Assembly: GCF_009914755.1 (NCBI RefSeq)
Contig: NC_060934.1
Source of the DNA: the human T2T-CHM13v2.0 reference genome, Homo sapiens
Reading direction: 5' to 3' (one strand)
Length of the DNA: 64,000 bases
This document shows, piece after piece, positions 56,874 to 64,000 of the stretch; position 1 is the stretch's first letter, and every line of letters starts with the position of its first letter. The position numbers and the translations under genes are program-made. The notes under the pieces were generated by a model, which had not been told where the DNA came from, ran no database searches, and was given only the letters and a program-made list of their open reading frames with translations.

Positions 56874-59604
56874 AGCTGGAGCTGCTTCACAGGATTCTAT
56901 AGAAAACAGGGAGGAAGCAGCCTCAGCTGTAATTGGGCATTTGTGGCACTTACCTGACAACTCCCACCTCCAAGGCTGGGTTTGGGGGCCCTCCTCTGTG
57001 TCCTAGTGCTATCCTCTGACCCTTATCTAATATAGCATGTATCTGGAAGTACTTTAGTTACACTATAAGCTTTCAGTAAGCTGAAACTCTGACTTCTGAA
57101 ACTCTGACTTCTATGTTGATACAACCTTAGTGTAGTGACCGGCATATCATGTGTTCTCGTGAGCACTTTAAAGGTGGATAGAGCCAGTGAATGAATAAAC
57201 AAACTGCAGAGCACAGATGGGAAATCCAGAGTCTGAGACCAGATCTTTGCAGAGACAAGTTGCCTACCTTATGTTAAAGAAGCATCTAGATTTTCCTGTC
57301 TGTATCAACCCAAATGCACATTTTTCTAGATATGCTATACCTTTTTGAAATTTTTTCAAAAAGCTAGATTTTTGAGGGACAGGCAGCATGTAAAAATTTA
57401 GAAATGTTAAAATGGTCAAGTGTTTAATGGAAAAATCTTTTTGAATCATGAGGACTTTTACTTTACCCTCAGAGAAGCTTTGAAATAAAATTTTCTGAGA
57501 AGGTGCTTTAAATTTTAGGGGCTGCAATTATCCACCGTTAATAAAAGTCACTGTTAAGCTAACAGTCCAACAAGTGAGGGTGAGCCTGATGGATTATATA
57601 TCATATGGTAGAATACTTTACTGCCATTAAAAAGGTAGAGTAAGAGGATAAGCAAAAGGTAGTTCTTATGTAAGAGTAATAGGTTAGAAAAAGTAACATT
57701 GTAAATCTCATTAAAAATGTATTTTTTATGCATTGCAAAAAGATTAATCATATTTACCAAGATGTTGACTGAGGTTATTATGAAGTGGTGGGTTTTATAG
57801 GTGTTTTTAATTATTTTCCCATGGTTCTGTCATATTTTTTTAATTTTCTATATTGAATGTGTATTTCTTTGGTAATAAAACAAAATTTTAAATAACCCAT
57901 TTTATACTTGGATCTTATACTTGGATCCTTTCATAAAATTAGAAAGGCTGGAGCAGCCTATCAACTTACAAATTTGAGAAATTGAAGGCATATTAGAGGA
58001 CATTTTCATCCAATGCTCTCATTTTCACAAATAAGAAAATCAGGAAGTGATTGCTCAAGGGCACACAGGGCATTAGAGGCAGAGCTCCAGCCAGACATCA
58101 GGTACTCTTTAGCCACCCCTTGGCTTCCAGTTCAAGACCTCTTCCACTTTTCTAATCACAATTAGGTCGAAATGTTCCGTTAAGAGAAGGACACCCAGAG
58201 TTATCTGCCTGGCATTGAGATCTCAATTAGGATTTCAAATTGAGAAAATTTCTTCTTCTAAATGGGTTAACTGATTGCACCTCCAAATCCATATAAAAAA
58301 GGCAGTTCTTTTAAGGAAACATCTGAGAAGTAGGGAAATAAAATAGCTATTACAGAGTTGGAGTTCTGCCAAAACATTCCCACAAAATCAAACCTGCATC
58401 TTGCCAAAGGCCTAAAACTTCCTTAGCAGTGCTTCATGTAAAATAACTCTTTGCAAAGAACATAAAACTGCAATTGAGATGACATATTTTAAAGTCAAGG
58501 CATGTAATATTATCTTCAACTGACAAGGAAACCAAGGCTTAAGGAGTTGAAGTGACTTGTCCAAGAGCCTTGAACTGATACATTTAGGACAACGAAGATT
58601 TCAGATCACAGTGATTATGAGCTTAGACTCTGAAGTCAGACTGCCTGGATTTGAGTCCAGGCTCCAACAGTTAAAAGCTGTGTGATTTCAGTTATTTAAC
58701 ATCTCTAAACCACAATTTCCTTACTATAAAACAGTAATGATATCAGGACATACCTCATGGAGTTCTTATAGAGATTGGGTTTTTTAAAGTGTTTAAAATA
58801 ATTTATAGTGGCAGAGATACTCTAAGTTCTCAATAAATACTAATTTCATCATCATTATTATTACTATCACTGTGTGATTATTTTCATTATCCAGAACTCT
58901 TTGTTTCTAACCTTTGCTTTCTTTCCACACTGCTCCAGGCTTAGAATAAAAATAATCAACGTGTGGATTCCACTTGCAAGAATGGACATGGGACTCATGA
59001 ATGGCTTGCCCTTTCCTTTCCCACCCTTCTTTTCCCTTTCCAGATGCTGAATTATTTTGGCATTCCTGTGATTTGGCTTCCCTCAGAGCAGATTAAGAAG
59101 CTTTAGAAAAGAGGCGAGAACTATAAAGGAGAAAAAAGGGAAGAAGCCTAAGAGCCTGGGGTATCTGTCAGAAGCAGCCAGCCCCAGGGGATAAGCAGGC
59201 ACTCTATGGATGTGCTAAGTGCATTTTCCAAACCAAAAGTAAGGGCTGAAAAGAGGATAAAACATTTCAAATTAGGATGGTCTCTGAAAATGGGAAGGTA
59301 TGGTTACCATGAATGCTGGGATATTTTTAATAACTGTTTTGTTGGGCAGTGATGGCTTGGGAGGAGGGGTTGACTATACTCAGAAAAAGGAGACTGGCCC
59401 TCAGCATCAGCAAGAATGCAGAAAAATGTTTTTTACTTGGCCAAAAAAAAAAGAAAAAGAAAAAGAAAATCTAGGAAGAATGTTATAATGTCCAAAAGGA
59501 GCACTGTCATTGAAGAAGTCACTGTGTCCCCGGAAAGAGTCAGCTCAGTGGTTTACAGCTCCTCTCTAACCTGAATGAGCAGTTCGGTTTGGAGCAAAGC
59601 ATTT

Positions 59605-59614
59605 CCTAATTAGG
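59605..59614. promoter_or_regulatory. ACTA2: ACTA2 intron-1 CArG box (SRF site) CCTAATTAGG
   Basis: Perfect CC(A/T)6GG ~1.1 kb into intron 1, matching the known intronic CArG. Confidence 0.88.
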
Positions 59615-60673
59615 TAAAACACGCTCGAGTGTCTGCTTTTGGAACTGCACCCGGGTCAGGGGATTTGCTCCAACTGACTAGAGTGCGTCTTGTGCCAAAA
59701 ATGAGTTGATGGGAGGGGAAAGAACAGTACAGTTCCCAGCTCATTGGTCTTGAAACACAAACCATATTTAGTCATGAAACACAAAATGCTAGGAAAATCT
59801 CAGCATGAAAACTCCAGTCTGGGCTGAAGCTGCCAAACCTTGATTTGCAGTGAAACTCAGCCTGGGTTGGCAGGGCTGGCTGCACAGTCACACTTGCCTC
59901 ACCAGGCTGAAGGGAGCTTTAAGCTGAGGGAGATGCAAACCAGATATCCGGCCGGGAGGCACACACAGCTGTCAGATGCAGGCTCTGCTCCCTCCCTCTT
60001 TCTTTCCAGAGAAAAATTCAGCAGGTCACCTGCTGCGCTCTGCTGCAAATGACCAATGATGTAGATCCAAACTTGTAAGGTCACACATACACATTTCCAA
60101 CAAAAAAGAGATATACATTTCCAACAAAAGACACTACCAGTTAGAGCCAGGGAAACCCAGAAGGGAATACACAAATTCAGGCACAATCAAAGACTAGGCA
60201 ACTATTCTTCTGTTCACTTCCAAAATCCACTTCCAGACACCTAAGCTGCACCAAAAATACAGCCCAGTGAAAGAAAACCCCTACAACAAATCAGAACCAG
60301 AAAGAAATCTGAGTTTCCAGTGCCTAAATACAAATAAATGTATAACTTACTGCACACAGCTAACCTGCATACCTGTATTGTGCTGCAAGATCTGGGCTGT
60401 TTGTTTAGGATGAACATTTTACAGAAGACATGCATTAATAAAATTTTCATATTCTTCTCTACCCCTTCCATCATACCAAACTACATATTAGCCCTGTCTT
60501 TAACGTTAGATCATTAAAGCCAAAAGCTACAATCATTTTAGTAGTACAATCTTCATTCAGAAATATCAGTGCATGAACCCAGCCAAATCCCTGCAGATGA
60601 TGTCTTATTATACCGGGTAATTAAAAGAGCCACTGGAATCTATAAGTCACATCCTTGGCCTGGCGCCACTTAC

Positions 60674-60715
60674 CCTGACAGTGCTTGGCTGGGCTGCTCC
60701 ACACTGGGTGGTGTT
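60674..60715 (-). other. ACTA2: ACTA2 non-coding exon 1 (5' UTR)
   Basis: AGG|gtaagt donor at 60673; ~25-30 nt downstream of TATA; TSS approximate. Confidence 0.88.
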
Positions 60716-60738
60716 CAGGGAAGCTGAAAGCTGAAGGG

Positions 60739-60745
60739 TTATATA
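60739..60745 (-). promoter_or_regulatory. ACTA2: ACTA2 TATA box (TATATAA)
   Basis: ttatata on + strand. Confidence 0.9.
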
Positions 60746-60762
60746 GCCCCTTGGCCTGCTCT

Positions 60763-60773
60763 CCTCCCACTTG
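60763..60773 (-). promoter_or_regulatory. ACTA2: TGF-beta control element-like (CAAGTGGGAGG)
   Basis: G-rich KLF/SP-type element between TATA and CArG-A, as described for SM alpha-actin promoters. Confidence 0.6.
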
Positions 60774-60777
60774 CTTC

Positions 60778-60787
60778 CCAAACAAGG
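60778..60787 (-). promoter_or_regulatory. ACTA2: CArG-A (CCTTGTTTGG)
   Basis: Degenerate CArG at about -65/-70. Confidence 0.9.
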
Positions 60788-60827
60788 AGCAAAGACAGAC
60801 TTGAGCCTGTCGTTCAGTCTAACACAA

Positions 60828-60837
60828 CCATATAGGG
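60828..60837 (-). promoter_or_regulatory. ACTA2: CArG-B (CCCTATATGG)
   Basis: Degenerate CArG with a 40-bp spacer from CArG-A. Confidence 0.9.
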
Positions 60838-60893
60838 ACCTCAGCACAAAACTCTCTAATCTGGGTGGCCGGAGGCCTGGGTCTCTTCCACTG

Positions 60894-60900
60894 CATTCCA
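60894..60900. promoter_or_regulatory. ACTA2: MCAT/TEAD site 1 (CATTCCA)
   Basis: CATTCC core at about -180 in a purine/pyrimidine-asymmetric tract. Confidence 0.7.
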
Positions 60901-61007
60901 CTGGTCTGCTCATGAAACGGGAGGCGGTTCAGCCGCCTGTGGGAGATAAACACGCCAAGCCTTCAGAACAACTGCAGAAATGCCCAGAGACACTGAGCTA
61001 GGGTAAT

Positions 61008-61027
61008 GGGCAGATGCAGGCATGGTT
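61008..61027 (-). promoter_or_regulatory. ACTA2: Degenerate p53 response element AACCATGCCT GCATCTGCCC
   Basis: Two imperfect RRRCWWGYYY half-sites with no spacer; matches my recollection of the reported ACTA2 p53 element. Confidence 0.45.
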
Positions 61028-61031
61028 TGCA

Positions 61032-61038
61032 CATTCCA
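61032..61038. promoter_or_regulatory. ACTA2: MCAT/TEAD site 2 (CATTCCA)
   Basis: CATTCC core at about -320. Confidence 0.65.
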
Positions 61039-61564
61039 CAGAGGATGCCAGCTTGCTATCATGCTGGAATTTCAGGCCATTTCCTAATAAACTGAGAACA
61101 GAAAGGGGCAGAAAGGGCTGCCTCTGCCTAGCACGGACTTTTAAAACCCTTCTACCACGGTAGCATGCAAAGAAGAAAGATATTCCTTCAGTCGTCTATA
61201 AATACATAGAGGGAGTGATGATTTTATGGTAGGCACACTGTTTATAAATCAAGTTCTTGAGGGAGGTGAGTGGAAATAGGAATTGAAGTATGGAGACAAG
61301 GTTGACAGGCCTATGTCTTACAAAGAGGAATTTGGATGTTAGCATTACTATAACTACATTCATTTTTTTGGTGCATTAGCTTTGTCTACTAATTTGTCAC
61401 CGAGCAATTTAGCAGCATAAGTAGGGACCATCCTTTGACCAGAGAGTCTACCCAGCAGCCTGTCAAAGAAGTAGTTTGGAAAAGAAAGGAGATTGTTCAA
61501 AGGAAGCCTCTGTAGCCCTCCTCTCTGCCCACTAACCTCCTTGACAGGAAGTAGAGAGACCAGG

Positions 61565-61931
61565 TGATATGGTTTGGTTCTACGTCCCCACCCAAATCTC
61601 GTCTCGAATTCTAATCTCCATAATCCCATGTCCAGAGAAAGGCTAGGTGGGAGGTGACTGGATCATGGGGGCGTTTTCTCCCATGCTGTTCTCATGAAAG
61701 TGAGTGAGTTCTCACGATATCTGATGGTTTTATAAGGCAGTTTTCCCTGCTCTTGCTTGCTCTCTCTCGCCTGCTGCCATGTAAGACACGCCTCTTCCCC
61801 TTTTGCCATGAGTTTAAGTTTCTTGAGGCCTCCCCAGCCATGCAGAACTGTGAGTAAATTAAACCTCTTTTCTTTATAAATTACCCAGTCTTGGGTATGT
61901 CTTTATAGCAATGTGAAAATGGACTAAGATA
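61565..61931 (+). mobile_element. THE1-type MaLR solo LTR ~0.85 kb upstream of the ACTA2 TSS
   Basis: tgatatggtttgg...ggactaagata; 5-bp TSD ccagg on both sides. Confidence 0.9.
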
Positions 61932-62938
61932 CCAGGTGACCCTCTCATTTCTCAAAGATATAAGCCCTCATCTCAAGCATCAATGAATAGCTTCAGTGAT
62001 TTTATATTTGTCTACTAGGTTCTCACTAAACTCATAAAGAAATATTTTTGTGGGTACTGTGAGTATTTCTGGACTGTGGACATGTGAGAAAAATCCCAAA
62101 ATGAGTGGCTTTATTTTACAGCCATGACCAGCTGTTCACTCATGTTACTATGTCAGATCTGTTTGATTAATGGTGCCCACACATATACATACATATATAT
62201 CTTTGAAGAATTGCACTATTGATTAGAAAATTTTAAATAGCTTAAGACTAAATCATAACAGGATTTCTCTATACTGCTCGGGATTTGTCTAGCTTTTACC
62301 AACCAGAAAACACGGCCATTAGAATGTTAAAATATAAAATCTACACAGTACAACATAAAGTTGGGCATTTGGGGTTAATTCATTAATTTTCATCACAGGA
62401 ATCATGTGAAGCAAAATTTCCATATTTTCTTGAGTAGGAGGGCAATTTGAGTAGAGGAAGGATTCCCCTTCCTCCTGCTTTTGACTCACGCAGTGTCTGT
62501 GTAGTCCTTGCGATCTTTATGAAGTGACTGTTCATCTAAACACCAAAGAGAAGAGTTTTTGCATTCACTTTTATGATTCTTACATCATTTCTACCATTAG
62601 TGTACATCCAAAGCTCTGATAATAATCAGACTATGATGAAATAAAGAGACATATTGGAAGAGGACTCAAGGTTTAGTTTTTCTTGCAAGATTTTTTTTCA
62701 AATAATCTATGACACTAACCAGGAAAGACTTATAATTGAAAATAAATTTCTAAACAAGTGATTAAATGATCTTATTGCCTGGGTTTGAGATTTATAGTTT
62801 CACATCCCATCCAAGTCTCTTCAGTGAGAGAAACCAGCACTGCATGGGTATGAGTGTGTGTGCAAAGATATCTCCAGCCAAGCGGCCAGATACTTCCTGG
62901 GGCCAGCAGCCATGTATCCAAGGGGTTATGGAACAATT

Positions 62939-63010
62939 AGAAAAACAGTAGTGTCACACAAAAAAAAAAAAAAAAAGAAGAAGAAGGAAAGAAAGAAAAA
63001 CAGTAGTGTC
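62939..63010 (+). mobile_element. Poly(A)-only retro-insertion with 17-bp TSD
   Basis: agaaaaacagtagtgtc at 62939 and 62994 flanking a 38-bp A-rich insert. Confidence 0.7.
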
Positions 63011-64000
63011 GGATAACTTGGTTGCAGTTCAGGGACACTATAAAATAAATTCCAAGCTAAAGAACATATCCAACAATCATTTCCAGACACGTTGTTCTGC
63101 AAACATCATGCACCATCTTAGTAAGATTATTTAGTTATGATTTATTGTAAATTCCTTGAGCGCTGGGGCAGCACTCTGTAGATTTAGATTAGGCCATGTA
63201 ACTACTGGCAAATAGCCGTATAATATTGATGTCTGGTAAGGAAAATGATTTTCTGCTGGTGCCGAAAAATTGGGCTGTAGAAATTGTTTTTTTCTAGACT
63301 GATCATATGCATTGGCTATTTTGTTCAGTTCATAAAATTCATTTTTCTGAGAAGACACAGTGAGAGCAAGGAAACCTTTCCATTTCCCACCTTTGGAATT
63401 CCCCAGGAGAGTCACAAACAGTTCTCCTAAGATAGCCCATGAAGACAAAGGCATGGAGTCTACGCTGGCACAATGGCCATCCTGCCACATCTGCAGGGAT
63501 TTGCCAGGCTCTGCTCTGTTCCTCATTTGAGCATAATTAATATTCTTTATGGGAAATTTGACTGGACACTTTCTATGAAGGTCTAAAGGCTGGTATTTCA
63601 GGGATTTATTTTCATAATGTTTTCATTTATTTCAAAATGTGAGAAGATCAGAGAGAAGATACATGGTATATTAAATGTGAGAAAAACCATGCAACATGAG
63701 GATGTGAGGAAGGAATGCAGTGACAATTGGCCCTCAGACCTTGACTTTGTGTAAAGGCAAACATTTTGGATCAATACACGGGGGTTATGATTCAGAGTTG
63801 AAATTCCAAAGCTATCATTTACTACCACTGTATCCCCTCTGTGCCTTAGCTTTCTTATAAGAAAAATAGGGTTAATATTCATGCCTTATCACAAGGTGGC
63901 AATGAGATATGAGGCGTTAATAGGTTAGAAGCACCTAGAACACTGCCTGGCCCATGGTGAGCACGATGTAATTATTAGCTATTATTATTGTCGGATGCTC

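Overview
Human (primate) genomic DNA recognisable as the STAMBPL1-ACTA2 locus (chr10q23.31, from recall). The + strand carries all ten coding exons of STAMBPL1/AMSH-LP (9651-31166; 1311 nt, 436 aa; MIT-like N-terminus and JAMM deubiquitinase domain). Its non-coding exon 1 lies upstream of the window. The - strand carries the complete smooth-muscle alpha-actin gene ACTA2 (TSS ~60715; eight coding exons 56873-43166; 1134 nt, 377 aa) with its TATA, CArG-A/B, MCAT and intronic CArG elements. The two genes converge, and the antisense lncRNA ACTA2-AS1 (~40.6-47.9 kb, +) overlaps the ACTA2 3' end. The rest is Alu, L1, MaLR LTR, hAT and MIR repeats and microsatellites; most ORFs in the track are spurious. 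I see no new protein-coding system. The best unexplained signals are: two co-oriented, mutually similar CTCF-like sites bracketing the ACTA2 last exon, plus an oppositely oriented third site; a perfect 37-bp inverted repeat just downstream of ACTA2; a TSD-flanked poly(A)-only retro-insertion; a candidate 12-nt STAMBPL1 microexon; a perfect decoy 5' splice site near ACTA2 exon 2; and several local duplications. Repeat subfamily calls were made by eye and their boundaries are approximate.
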